A stretch of DNA of 63,887 nucleotides, filler included, from Klebsormidium nitens (taxonomy: Eukaryota > Plantae > Klebsormidiophyceae), in assembly GCA_000708835.1 (NCBI GenBank). It is 5 parts of 5 records of this genome, joined end to end, with 100 filler letters (N's around TTAATTAATTAA, not from the genome) between each part and the next. Parts side by side here need not be neighbours in the genome. Positions count along the whole stretch, not along the records: positions 1 to 31,651 come from DF236996.1; 4 more parts are not named here. One strand, written 5' to 3'. A program made the translations under genes and the position numbers. Below are positions 13,301 to 26,000 of the stretch, piece by piece (the first letter of the stretch is position 1; every line of letters begins with the position of its first letter). The notes below the pieces were generated by a model, which was given only the letters and a program-made list of their open reading frames with translations, did no database searches and was not told where the DNA came from.

Positions 13301-13766
13301 AAGAGAATCCCTCGCCCACCAGCACATAATGACCCGTCGCATTGGCCAGCGTTGTCGCCAGCTGACAGCTCGCCAGCTCAAGCGTCCCCAGATGCCCCAC
13401 GAACGCCGCTGAGCTCAGCACGAGCAGCATCTGCACCAGGTTCATGCCAACGATCGGTGCAGCCAGTTTTACCTGGCCCTTTGCCTCGTCCCAGAACACT
13501 TTTCTCGGCTCCACCGCAACCTCCGCCTCCTGAGCCTCGTGCTGCCTGGCAGCTTCCGCAGCAGTTTGAGGGGGGGGAGAAGCAGGAATTTGCTCGGGCT
13601 GGCTGAAACCCCCCGCTGGGAGCCGAGGGTTTCGGAAGTTGGGTGTTTTGGGGGCGACCCGAGATGGGGTTTGGAGGGGGGAGCTCCCATCTTTCATAGA
13701 GCGGGGAGAGGGGATGGTTAGTGCAATCTCCTTCGGATACCTCTCATACGAGATGCTCTCCATCAT
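7369..13766 (-). CDS. MATE (DTX-family) multidrug and toxic compound extrusion transporter, 9 exons, about 564 aa
   Basis: Exons 13766-13320, 11709-11369, 10805-10599, 9907-9821, 9435-9379, 8969-8725, 8401-8283, 8000-7914 and 7473-7369 are all GT-AG and phase-consistent (1695 nt). Motifs are FVGHLGTLELA, GFETLGGRAFGAGQY, FLQSQG, CLEFWAFDILYILAGLLP, STRVSTELG and GVIRGCGRQPLGA. Confidence 0.95.
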
Positions 13767-16700
13767 GGCTGCAGAATGTGACGGGAGCTGGAAAGGAAAG
13801 GAAGGGAACTGCTGCTAGCTGGAAAGCATGGAAGGAAGGGAAAATTGGAAGAGACACTGCGAAACCAAGCAAAAAGAAGAGAGTGTGCCAAACTCAAGAG
13901 ATTGTCCAGCTCAATGCTTCTTCTTCATAAAAGGTAGACTGTCCAGCACTCGCCCGCGCCCTGTTGCATGGGCAGTCTGAACAGTACCGTCGGCATACTA
14001 GTATTGATCAAAAGGCTGATTGAGAGCAGCATTCATGGCAAATCCTTCACTTCCGAAATTCTAGCTCAGAACACCGACTGACCACGAGAAACCGAAGGAA
14101 GGCATCTTCAGCCGTGGATTCCCATCAAGAAAGCATATCGTGCGGCCAGCAATGTTCTCCACCGGAGGGTTAATAACTAACTTTTGAACGGACATGACTT
14201 CATACTAAACCCTTTCACTGCAGGCCGCCCGCGGCACACGAAGCGCGCGGCGCTGCACATGCGTACCGTAGCTTGAGTCCGGCCGATTCCTTACGCAGTC
14301 AGCAGAACTGAGATTTTGATGATATAGACTAGTAGTACGACTGTTCCTTCTTATGCTGAAGCTAGGTAAAAGTGGACAGAAGAGCAAGCCTCGTGAGGCT
14401 GGTGACGGGACCGCATAGAAACCTCAATAAAAGCTAGAATACTACTAGGAGACGGCCCCGCTGGCTGTCGCGCCTGCCTCGAGTTCGTGCTGACGCTGTG
14501 AGACGCTGGTTATGATCTGATGGGTACCAATAATGTTCGTTCTTGATATCGAAATGGAGTTTCAGCGGGACAGGCGGTACGGTCCAGAGTTTCCAGAATT
14601 GTGTAGGCCAGGATTCTAGGACTCGTTTGTCAATCATTTTTACTTGCAAACTTCTCGTCTGACACGTCCGACTGTTTCGATTTTTGGATTCATCTACTCG
14701 TAAGCCTCAGGGGTTCTCGGCTGGCTATTCTCCCTGCTTGCCCTTAATGTTTCCTCTGTTAATTTATCTATGGGTTTTTTAGGCAGACCATTGACGCTCG
14801 ACCGTCAGGATGGGAGCGATCGGGCATACTACAACTCTGCTCGACATTAACAAAAAATGAATTCAGATCGTGCGTCTTGTGACATATTGCCAGCCTATTG
14901 GTATAGATCCGACGCTGCAAAAATTCAACTTGACAGACCTTTTCTTTCAAAGAATACATGAGAGCATCGATGTGTGATATGGTGACGGTCTATTACCAAG
15001 TGCAGGCTCGTCATGTTGAAGACCCTTCGACTCCGACTGAGTCTTTCTCATTTGTAGTGGCATGAAGTGATCGATCGTCAAGAATCAATCGAGTTATTGA
15101 TTCCAGTCAGTCATGTCACTTACTAAGTTTCCGAGATGCCAGAGTTTTGATATGCAGTGGGCCCAAGCAACATAACGAAGTTCTCATCACAAATGCAACT
15201 TGCGTGAAGTTCTGCCTTCACGCCAAGAAGCCAGCAGGATATAGAAGATATAGAAGGTGCGCTAGTCGCAGTAGGCAAAACGCGCCTGCTGAATCCTTGG
15301 GAAACTGACCAACTGACCAACGTTTCAGGACGTTTTAGAAAACTTGACTCTTGTTGTGGAGCCCCAAACTTTCTGACTTTCTAAGATGAATGCCGAAAAA
15401 CTTAGGCGATCTCAGTGCCCACCGATCTTGATAAGTTTTGAAGCCGCCACTTCTCCGAAGGGATCTTGTACTGTCAAGGGCACAACATGAAATCTATTTA
15501 GAATAATAGAATCAGCTCTGCGCGCGACACTTCCATTGGGGACGTACATTACGAACACTGCAACATGGCACACGGTTAGCTCACGCTGAGGAACCGATCC
15601 GGATGAATAATGCGCTCAGTCTGGACGTGTACTAATCTATCTACTCAGCAGATACTTGCCAAGGGGCCACAATCCCGCACGCCTTTTTCTGGGGTTGCAG
15701 GGGAAGTGGCAACTTTAATTCAAAGTTCAAAGCTTCGCGTTCCAATGGTGGCAATTTTTGCTTCAAAGAAGGTCAGACAAGCTTTCGATCAGTATCAGCA
15801 GCACCTTTCTAGCCCATTTACATCTGAAAGTAGAGCAAAATGTGGTTCCTCCTACCTCCAACTTCACAACTCCTCAGGGATTTCTTTCCAGCGATATAAG
15901 TAAGCCAAATTCTAGTAGAATTTGCAGCAAGAGTTTTCTCGATTGTGCTTGCATCAGATCATGAATACAACGGCATGCAGGCTCACCTCAAAGAATGCTA
16001 CCGGTGCTTTCTGAGCTTACCGGTGCTGATGCTAGAGGTAACTTTGACTTTCGGTGCCGGACACCCGCAAGAGTGGCCGGCCGAGTCCGTGTCCCCCAAA
16101 AATACCACCATCGACAGTTTGTTTTGGCTTTACACCAATAGAGGCACAGTGTGCCGTCAGCCATTCCACTTTGCTCCGCAACTTTGCCAATAACGCATGT
16201 CTATTGGTACTTCTTGTCTGCAGGTCAAAATCATGTTACGCTTGAGGAGAGAGGCGGAAGACACAAGAGTTTTCAAATTATATTGTTATACATATTGTCA
16301 GAGATAACCTCAAAATAACCGACCATCAACCGGACACCTTTGCACACCTGGCACACAGGTTTTGATCGATTTCATGGCAGCTATAAGCTCCATTCTTACT
16401 GAACTGTCTGACAAAGCCGGATCATTGGGGCAAATTGATTACTCCGAGCCCAATATTGGAGGCATATGCTCCAATAGATCAAGGACTTCAGAATCGCATG
16501 CCCATGATCGCATGCGTGCAGTGACAGAAGCAAAAGAACCTTGACAGAAACGATACAGCTTCGCATATGTGTCCATTCTCACCTCTTTAGGGCCTTTCCC
16601 AGGTTGCAATCCGCTCATGGTGAGATGCCAGTGCCTTGTACCCAGCACCGTGAAATCATGAAACGTAGCTAAGTTCTTGTACGTTTTCTCGCCGTACTCA

Positions 16701-17191
16701 TTGATTACAATGTGCCTGATCATATAGAACATGCACCGACTCCGATCCGTTCTTTGAATCTCTATAACGTCGCCATCTTTGTACACCCACCCATATTCAT
16801 GCTCACGTCTTTGCCTGTTCGGTTCACAATTTTCGCAAGGTTCTGCCAGAACCATTAGTCTAATAAGTCAGACATCTTGGGGCGAAGATACTCCAGTGGC
16901 AGGGACCTCAGGCTGGCAGGAATTCACTTCCCGTCTTCCCGAATTGTTGAGAAGTTTTTTGGTTTTTACGTTTCCGGTCAGCTTTCGTGGGCAATTTAAA
17001 CTGGTGCTTGAAAAGTGATACCAATCGCTTCCTGTCTACCGCCTCAAATCCAAGAAGCATTTTTTTGAAACTGTTCCCGACTCCCAGACAGTAGCCATTG
17101 TATGATTGTACATGTGCAGCCTGGAAATGCCGGGTAGTCGGCCGGCCGCCACTGTGCACGCGGCCGCTGCGCGACCGCAGTCTACGGTAGG

Positions 17192-17257
17192 AGGGTTTAA
17201 GGGTACGTCAAGGGTTTTGTAGTTATGTCACGTACCAGTTACGTACCCGTAAACCCT
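17192..17257. repeat. Short inverted repeat (hairpin), MITE-like fragment
   Basis: agggtttaagggtacgt (17192-17208) matches the reverse complement of acgtacccgtaaaccct (17241-17257) at 16/17 positions. Confidence 0.7.
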
Positions 17258-18185
17258 ACGGCAGACCGTAACCCTACAGGCTAGAATCGTGACCGCGCCT
17301 GCTCCAAAATGGGAAGGGCCACATTGCGAGCTGAGGGAACGCCATTCCAAGCTTCATCAATTGATGGCAGCTCTCACAGTGGACGTGGTGGTAGCTCACT
17401 GTACTGCTTCTTCAATCGACTTGATTTCAAATGGGCAAAGTCTTGACTTTTCCATGCATTGCATGGCAGTTGAGCCTCACAAAGCTGCAGCAGCCTCCCT
17501 AGGATTGCCGGTGCTCCGTCTGAGACAAGTAGCAGCAATACAGCTGCATTTCTTCTGCGGGCAGCATTGCACCGCTTGTGTCCTGTGAGTGACCCTATCT
17601 GGTGGTGTATTCTACTAAAGACTTTCTTCATGTGGTCCCGGGTGTGTCCCGGTCCCCCAATGGCAGCTGAATTGATCACACCGTATATATTCTGGCCTGG
17701 ACGAGGGTGCCAAAGTTTTATTAATATCACTGGCCAATTGGAAAGAGGAGGACCTGACACGTACCATTTGACCAATCGTTGAGAACAATGCTTCAAACGC
17801 GTTAGTTGGTTTTAGTAAAATTGTACCTCATGGCGCCAGGAGGATAGTAATCATGCAACCCATAGTCTTCTGCGTCGCTCAATGTGCTCCTTCTTGTTAA
17901 AAAACGGAAAGCTGGCAGACTTGATCATCACAGCGATTCATTCACCAGTCCTTCACAGCTTCTGGTGTGAACCTCTTAAAGCTGCAGTGAAAGAACCACA
18001 GGCGCTCCTCAAAGTCTCTTACAAAACCAATTCCTATTCTTTCAAGCTGAGTTTGACATCAGGAGAGAGAAAGCCGTTATGGCAGCAACTCCTCTGCATA
18101 TATCTCTTCTGCCTCAAACGACGTAAGAAAGCTGTGCCTATACTTACACTCCCTTTTCTTGCAGTTTCCTTGAGCCCCCAAAGCC

Positions 18186-21100
18186 ATGGCAATTCGTGAG
18201 GTCAGCAGGGGCTGGGTGAAACCCTTCCCCCCATCAGACTCTCCCAAGGAACTCCCTCTGAGCGACCTTGATGTCATTCAAGTCCCATACCACATACCCG
18301 TCATCTTTGTCTACCGTTCTGGGGGGTCCTCTAAAGGGGCAGAAGTAAGCCCCCTGACAGGAAGTGGTTTGCCTACTACAGCTTTGCTGAAGGAGTCTCT
18401 GGCTCGCACCTTAGCAGCTTTCTACCCTCTGGGGGGGCGCATTGGAAGCTCAAACGGCAGGTGCGCACTCACACTTTTGCTACTGCCCAGGCTTTTTGAG
18501 AGAGCCAAAGTTGGTTCACTGAGGTGTCAATTGCAGTCGCGATTCTTTGCATAATTGTTTTCCCTTGTAGGGAGAGTCCTTGTAGTAAAGCTGTATGTTG
18601 AAAACGATTCTTTTACGGTTGTCATGCAGATGCAGGATTTCAAATTCTTGGGACTGTGGCACCTAGCAGCTATCCGCCCCTGCCCACCATTTCCCCTGAC
18701 GAAACCACTTGCTCATGAAGTGGAAAAGAACTTAGAGGGTTTGAGGCTCTGTGGAGAGGAACGTACTCTTATGGTTGCCCTCTTTCCTTTCACAAAGTCT
18801 TCATCTTTCCCGCAGACCGGTAGCCTATGGATTCAACGACGGCGTTCCCTTCATCGAGTCTGAGTGCAATTTGGAGATTCCTTCCGATCTGCAGCCCAGT
18901 CAGTTCTCGTCCGAATTGCTGGCTACACCAACGCCAGGGATTGGCGGAACACCTCAGGGCGTCCCAGTGATGTCAGTCAAGGTGAGATTCGCTGACATCA
19001 TTGATCATTTGTCATTTATCATTTATCCTGCTACTACAGCCGCTTCCTGTGCAGAGGAAAGAGTGAAAGTCATTTTCAACCAGCAGCTGCCCTTACAATC
19101 GAAGCGTCCTCTGATGGGCCCTCCTCCGCAGTTGAGGGATACCGTCCGCGAGTCTACCTGTCGAGACAAACGGAAAAATCACATTCAAGGGGAATTACTC
19201 TTGAGATACTGAGGCTAAAGATGCGAAGGCGCCCTTGATTTAAACCTGGGCTCTTATCGCCATCTAGTCGAAGGACCTCCGTGATCAAGTCGACAGGTTT
19301 CAGTCAGGTGACGGAATTTGTATAACCCAGCTAACCAAGCTTATCCCTCTCTGCTAGGTAGTCTAACCTCCAGCCATGTTCCGAGCCCCATTTTTTGTTT
19401 ACTCCGTTTCGTATTTGGCGCCTGGCATCTTCCAACACTCGCCACGAGCTTCTCAATTACGGTTCAATAAATTCACTATGGAGCAACATGTTGAAAGACA
19501 ATTCCATAATTTGATTATGAGGCAACATGTTAAAAGTCCACTTGACAAGCGTGTCCTCCACTCACATCTTGCCACGTGTCCGCCTCAGGTAACCCGGTTT
19601 CGGTGCGGGGGCCTCGTGCTCGGAGTCAGTTTCCACCATCAGATTGTGGATGCAGCGGCGTTCTTCACTTTTATGGGCGCCTGGGCGGGGGTCGCCCGCG
19701 GCAAATCTCCAGCGTCGCCGTCCCTTAACCGGACGGTCCTAATTGGTCGGGATGAGCGAACGAATGGAGGTCGGTTCCCCGTATCTTCTATCGGCGTTGA
19801 ATGTTCAAGCCGATTCCGGAACGATTGCAAGAAGGCTCTTGAGTTGAAGACTGGACTTCGAATTGCAGTACTGAGTCTAAGTGTCCGTAAGCCAGCTGCA
19901 ATGCTTCTCTTTCACAGATCGTAATTCATGCGCCAGCCACCGACGCCTTTCTTGGCACTTCGAACCGCTCATAGCCCCCGCTTAGGCAACCCACTCCGCC
20001 AACATCTGAAACTATTCGAATCTTACGTGTATTATGCGTCCGGCTGTTGCGCACCATGGCTGCCTCGACCCTTTGATTCTTCCTTTTTTGATTATTCATC
20101 GAATGGCTCAAAACGCACAGAGTCGTAATGCGTACTTCTGTACCCTTCCCAGTGCAGGCCTCGAAAACGGAGGTCCGCAACCGTCGTCCCTGTGGGGCTC
20201 CGCGTTCGCCACGTGGCAGAAGCACGCGTCCTTCTGGCGCGCATATGCCGATCTGCGGTGGCGGTCGCTCGGCCAAAAAGAAGGCCTCCTGCGAGTGACG
20301 TTTACGCGGGAGGAGGTGGCGTGGCTGAAGCGGGCAGCGAACGAGAAGAGCAGCCAGAGCTGGGACCCAAGGTATGGAAAATATCGACTTACAGTCAGCT
20401 AGTTTCTTTCCGCTTTTTGACTTTCGTGTGTTATAGATGCAACGGCAGGGCATGGAGCTTTCAGTTTGATGTCTCTTCAATTTAGCAAGGGTAAGCTGTA
20501 GCAATTGTAAGCTCCTGCACTAACACGAAAAACCTAACCCGTAGAATCGCCCGCTCCGCACCCGAACCCACCCTAACCCCCAAACTAACCCTACCCGTCC
20601 TAGGCTGGTTACCTTACTATTGCTAAAGCTTACTATTGCTGAATCGAAGATCCTTCAGAAATACCGAAGTCAGCTGGTTCTTTTCCGCTTGTTGGACTTT
20701 CGTGTTTAAAAGAAGCAACGGAAGGGCACGGAGCTTTCAGTTTGTTCACTGTCTCCAAGCCTGCCCTTCGATGCTCCCTTGTCGACTCCGGGCATCGATG
20801 CAAAGCGTAGTGGTCCGCCTCCGATAGAACACTCGTAAGAACATCAGTTACGAGCCGAAGATTTTGTTCATTTGGATAGAAGAAACACTTTTGATGTGCT
20901 TCAATCGCGAAGACCACAATGAACGGGCCGACGGACGTGCAGGCTCGCAACCGACCTCTTCGGCTCCCCACATCAAGACAAGGAACCTTCTCAAGATTCG
21001 AGTCTATTTGTCGCACTGATAGGAAACGTCGATGTGGAGGTTTCAGGGTAGCAGACAAAGAAAACAGTCATTGCAAACGCCTGAGCCCAAGGTCACAAAG

Positions 21101-23974
21101 CACCCCAGGCAAAACGGGTTGTAACCGGTTCCATGCTCCGAGGCGTACTTTGCATGTCTGCCCGGAATCCAAATTTTGATGGGTTTGACCCAAATTGGGT
21201 TAGCAGCAAATTCCAACAACTTTTGTCTCCGGGCAGACGTGCGAACACCGTGTTCTGGGCGCCTGGTTAAGCCTGGTTTCACAGCCATTATAATGCTAAC
21301 CCGTATTGTGTTAGTCACGTTCCCTGTTTCTGCAAGAAACCGAGGACCTTGCGGCGCCCAGGAAGAACTTGGAAGCATCCTGAGCCGTCCGATCGATCAA
21401 TCGGTAGAGAGCATACTCTTCGGCTTTTCAGTGGCGCTTTGCGACCCTGCCTGAGCCTTGACTTTTCGCATTCGCAGCCAAAGCACGGCTACTCCTGGCT
21501 GCGACTGGGCCTCCAGCGACGACGCCGTGTGCGCGCACATATGGCAGAGGATCACGCGAGCGCGCGCGCTTCCCGCTGACACAACCGTCACTTTCGACCG
21601 GTGAGATCCCCTTATCCATGCGTGCTGTCCGGTGTTTCAAGCTTGTCTTTCAGCAGCTCGATGGCGGCGGATGTACGCACAACCGTGGAAGCATTTTCTT
21701 CTTATGCGTGATCACATGGAATTTGAAGAGACCTGAACTTTGTTTTTCTTCTGGTCTGGCAGTTTGTTTCTATTCCTAAGTCTGTTTTAGTTTGTTTGTA
21801 TGGTCAGGAACCAGAGCTGGCAACAATCGGACAAAATCAGGGTCCATTTGTGACGCCCTAAATCAAGAGCACTGATATACGACGCTGATCGTTAGTCCAT
21901 TGCGAGCATTGCCACGACCAGACTGTGGCTCAACATAGCGGGCCGACTTGCTTTATTCCACCCTAGTGACAGCTAGTCTCTCGAAGGATTGATCGCTTTA
22001 CTTGCCCAACGTGCCCTCATTGTTGATTAAGGGTCCAACGGAACGGGCCGACAAAAACAAGTCATTTCGAGGCTTTGGTCAGGGACAGCCCCTGCTTCCC
22101 ACCGGACGCTTCGGCCCTAAACCTCTCCTCATCAGACAGTTTACGTTTGGCGTTGTAAGCTATGGTCGGGACCCGCAAAACATTCGCGTACTTTAGCTGT
22201 ATCGCAAAACCTGAGCATCCTACTTTCAGGCACGTGGACATGCGGTCCCGTCTCGATTCCCCCCTCCCGTCCGACTACATCGGCTCCGGCAACGCGGGAC
22301 CCCCCCGGCTGAGTATATCTGCCGGCGAGTTATTGAATAAGACGTTGGGCCAGGTGGCGCAACGACTGCGGCGGGAGCTTCTGCAAATGGGCGAATCGTA
22401 TCTAAATGCGCTTCTCCGCAAGTAGGTCGGCGACCGTCGATCCTCATCCGTTTTTCCTCATTAGAACGTGAAATCTTCCAGGTTGATTTCGCCCTGTTTT
22501 GTACTGAATGCGAACGGGCGAACTATACCTGACGGCGCTTCTGCCCAAGTTGGTTTGCGACCTTTGATCAGTCTAATTTTCTGCGCTTTCTGCGTTTGGG
22601 CTTTCCGGGTGGTTTTTTCGCGATTTGATTCTCAGTGCGAATGGACGAAACGGATCTGGTGGCGCTTCTCCGCACATGGCCTGATCTCGGCCATTGATCC
22701 TTTGACGTCTCTGCGATGCTACCCTTATTTCCACTGCACCTGTCGTCCCCTCCTTCCGCGACGCGTCTCCCTTTCATCGCTTTTCTTGTCCCCAGACGCA
22801 CAAACGCACAGCCACTTTTTTGCGCTGTTCTTCAAGTAGGCCGTCCTCTTTTTCTCGTGATGATGCTTTTCGATACTTCATCCTTTTTCTGCCTGTGCAT
22901 CGATCAAAGACCCAGAGGAGAGTCAAGCCGTTAATCTCAGTCAAGCCGTCATAACTTCGCTCTCTTTTGCTGCTCAGATTCCGATCAATGCCCTTCGTCC
23001 CGCATTTCCTCGCGCGCGCGTCCCCGTTTGGCACCGCGGTCCGCGTCACTAGCTGGGCGAAGTTCCCGGTGTACGATGCGGACTTCGGCGGGGGGCGTCC
23101 GGCCCTCGTGACGCTGTCCGAACTGCCGTCCTTCTTCGACGGAGTGGTGGAGATCCAGGTCAGTCCTTGAACCGTACTTAGTATGACTTGGTTTCTCTTT
23201 CTCTTTGCCCTGACTCATCCCGGGTTTCGGTCCGTCCTTCAGTACCGTAGTATCAGCGTTTCCCTTTACAACTTCTCCATGTTCTGAGTCTTGCACGCTT
23301 ACCTTCTTGCTGCTATGTCGGGTTTGACTTCTCCTCACCAGTTTCTGACGTCACATATCATAGTCGATGCTTTGGAAACAGTTGGCATGGACCAAAAATG
23401 GTCCAAGATAGGCATTTGCCCGGAGTTGTGTGGTTGGCGTGTTTAGAAAGCACCGGTCCTTGTCCGAAGGGAATATGGCATGCATCTTGTCTTTCCTGCT
23501 TGTTCGAGTCGCACGGCTTGTACATGGGGAAAGGGAATTTTTAAGAAGGGAGAGCGCTCCTCTGAATAGACCGCTATAGCTAGCCGGGTTCTCGGAGATT
23601 CTTCTGAGAGAGCAAGAGTTGCAACCTGAGATCCAAGTAGCTTCTGAGCATTGGCGTCATAAGAAATGAAGCGTTCATCAACCGCAGGCGCTCCTGGTTT
23701 CCCCGTCGTGCTTAGCATCCAATTTGTTTGCCAGTGCGCTTCTGTCAAATCTAATATCCATATTCATCAACTTCGTGATGCTAAATACTCACAATTATTA
23801 GAGGACATCTGTGGGCTTGCACAGTCGGAAGAGGAAATCTTTCCGAATCTCACTGTGCAGCAAACACCTGAAGGGGACGGAGGCCTGGACGTCATCGTGT
23901 TTCTTCAAGAGGAGCACTTGGCGCGGCTTCGAGCGGATCCAGAGCTACACCCCTCCGTCACAACCAGACCCTGA
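18186..23974 (+). CDS. BAHD-family acyl-CoA acyltransferase, 8 exons, about 481 aa
   Basis: Exons 18186-18460, 18816-18981, 19589-19769, 20158-20371, 21478-21600, 22230-22421, 22978-23158 and 23861-23974 are phase-consistent (1446 nt). Motifs are LKESLARTLAAFYPLGGR, VTRFRCGG, HxxxD (HQIVD), AHIWQRITRAR and YDADFGGGRP (DFGWG variant). Confidence 0.95.
20393..20758. repeat. About 90-bp degenerate direct repeat in BAHD intron 4, bracketing CCCTAA-like motifs
   Basis: agtcagct...gagctttcagtttg occurs at about 20393-20475 and 20668-20758. The spacer contains aacctaaccc / ccctaacccc / ctaaccctac and two copies of ttactattgct. Confidence 0.75.
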
Positions 23975-26000
23975 GAGACCTTCCTCGAGTGTAAGGTACC
24001 TCCTGGGATTTGAGAAACTACTATGGCTTCCGGTTGTTGGTGTGACTGTGGCAAAACGTCTGCAGGCTTGAGTGTGGTTGTCGTGGAAAGTACTGTCTGA
24101 AGGATGCACGTTTTACGAAGAACAACAGCCGTTATGTTTCCAGAGGTCCACACATTTTAATGTTTTACGCTTCTAGAAAAGCTTTTCGTCCGGAGCAGAC
24201 GCAATGCAACGGCTGGGTGGGGTTTGAAGTGCTTGAAAACTTGCAGACTGGGATATTTTCCCTGAATAACGTATCGTTTCGAACTAGAGTACACGCGCGT
24301 GTCTTGTGCTTGTCTATTCTAGTTCCGCCTGCTCTGCACCAAAAAGTTTCCCATTAGGCCAAACTCAGAAACGAGCAACGTATTACTCAGGAAAACTGTA
24401 AACTGACTCGTCAAATAAGCGGGCGCAGAAAAGGGTGCCAAAATAAGAAGTGGTCGAACTTGAACTTTTCAACCGGGGTTCTGATGTCGACGTGGTGACA
24501 GCGAGGTCTGATGAAAGCACCACCCCTGGCCGCAGGAGGAAGCCGCAACAGCGCCAGCGACTGCGGGAGCCGGTTAGGATTGAAAAACAAAGAAAAAGGA
24601 AAAATAGAAAACGAATGCTTCAACCGGCATTCCAGGCCCCTTTCTCCGGACATCAAATAGCCGCGGATGACTTCAAAGCGGGAGAGCGTCCGAAAGCCGG
24701 GGCCTCGTCAATTCAAGGAAACAGGCAGAAAAAGGAAATGAGGTGGCCGGCTGGCACAATAAGGATGGAGGAGAGATAAGGAGATTGAGGGCAGAGGTGA
24801 CGAACCAGGTCGAATTGCAAATAGCCGGAAGCGGGTGTCAAGAGCTTGGGGAGTACACAGAAGTATAGATAGATTTATTCAAATACCTTCGTACAAGGCC
24901 GACATGATCTGTAACTCGACCATGTCTTTAAGCTGCAGATGATTCGAGTGCCGGTTGCATGACCGGCAGGCCCAAGCGGAGTAGGACATCGAGTTGGACT
25001 TGGTCCGAAATACAGTTCAATTGTTCAAGTCCAGCTGGGATGATCAGAAGGGTAGCCTCAGCTTTGATTTGGAGTTCCTTGCCTAAGGCTGTTGGCCCGG
25101 GCCGAAGATATTATGGCTGTTATATATACAAGTACACCAGAGACTTTGATCAACTACATTGTCATGCAGGCGGCTATATAATTATGTCTCGCGTACCATG
25201 ACGTGCGTTTCGCTGACGGACGTGCTCCGGTGACATACAGTGCTAGGATCGTAAGAGCCGGGCATGATTGTATATGGCCAGTTTGGGTGATGCACATCCC
25301 CATCAAGGCATGCATATACGTGCTCACGAATCACGCATCCTTGGAGTAGATGTACTGAAAAGCACGCGCTAGTGAAACGTGGTGGGCGACCGCGGTCTGA
25401 GTGCGCGCTCAGTGGTTCATGATTGCATGCAACGAGCGTTTAAAACTTCGTCCGAGTGCCTGGGCCGCCTCGTACTGAATCATGTAGTACAAGGGGCCAA
25501 ATCATATATTTAGCGCAAAAGCGTCACAATCATTATTGGAGCATAAGTTAAGGAAGCTGGGTATATTCGAGTCTCCTTTCTAAATGCAGAAAAACCAATC
25601 AGTGCGTTTGCAAACCAGAATCAGAGTTACATTATTTTAGTTTTGCTTTATCGTTTATTGAAAACTCGAAGTCCAATCGTCATGCCGAGCATACCTAGAT
25701 ATGGAACTACCGTAGTCTGCTTGCATGGCTGTCACCGCGGGGCTCAGCAACACGGTGCAGCTGTAAGTTAGTAATTGTAGCCCCGCGTCTTTCATTTGCA
25801 TGAGCCTTCTTAGTACGGATCAAAACCAAACCTCTCAAATCCTAAGTGCCCGTCGTGTAAAGTCAATATCAGTAGCTCAATCTGGTGCTCAACGGTAAGG
25901 TCTTCCACTCCCAAGTCTTCCCGGCTCTTCACGCTTGAAGACGACCGTTCGGGCGAGTTGACGTCAGAGACCCCTCGCCGGGGCCCTTGCGGCAAGCCGC

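Noticed and set aside
16600-16650. RHWHLT as a possible HUH endonuclease motif in ORF 16439-16855
   Set aside because: No other Rep motifs or catalytic Tyr context were seen, and the ORF is short and may be the wrong frame of a relic.
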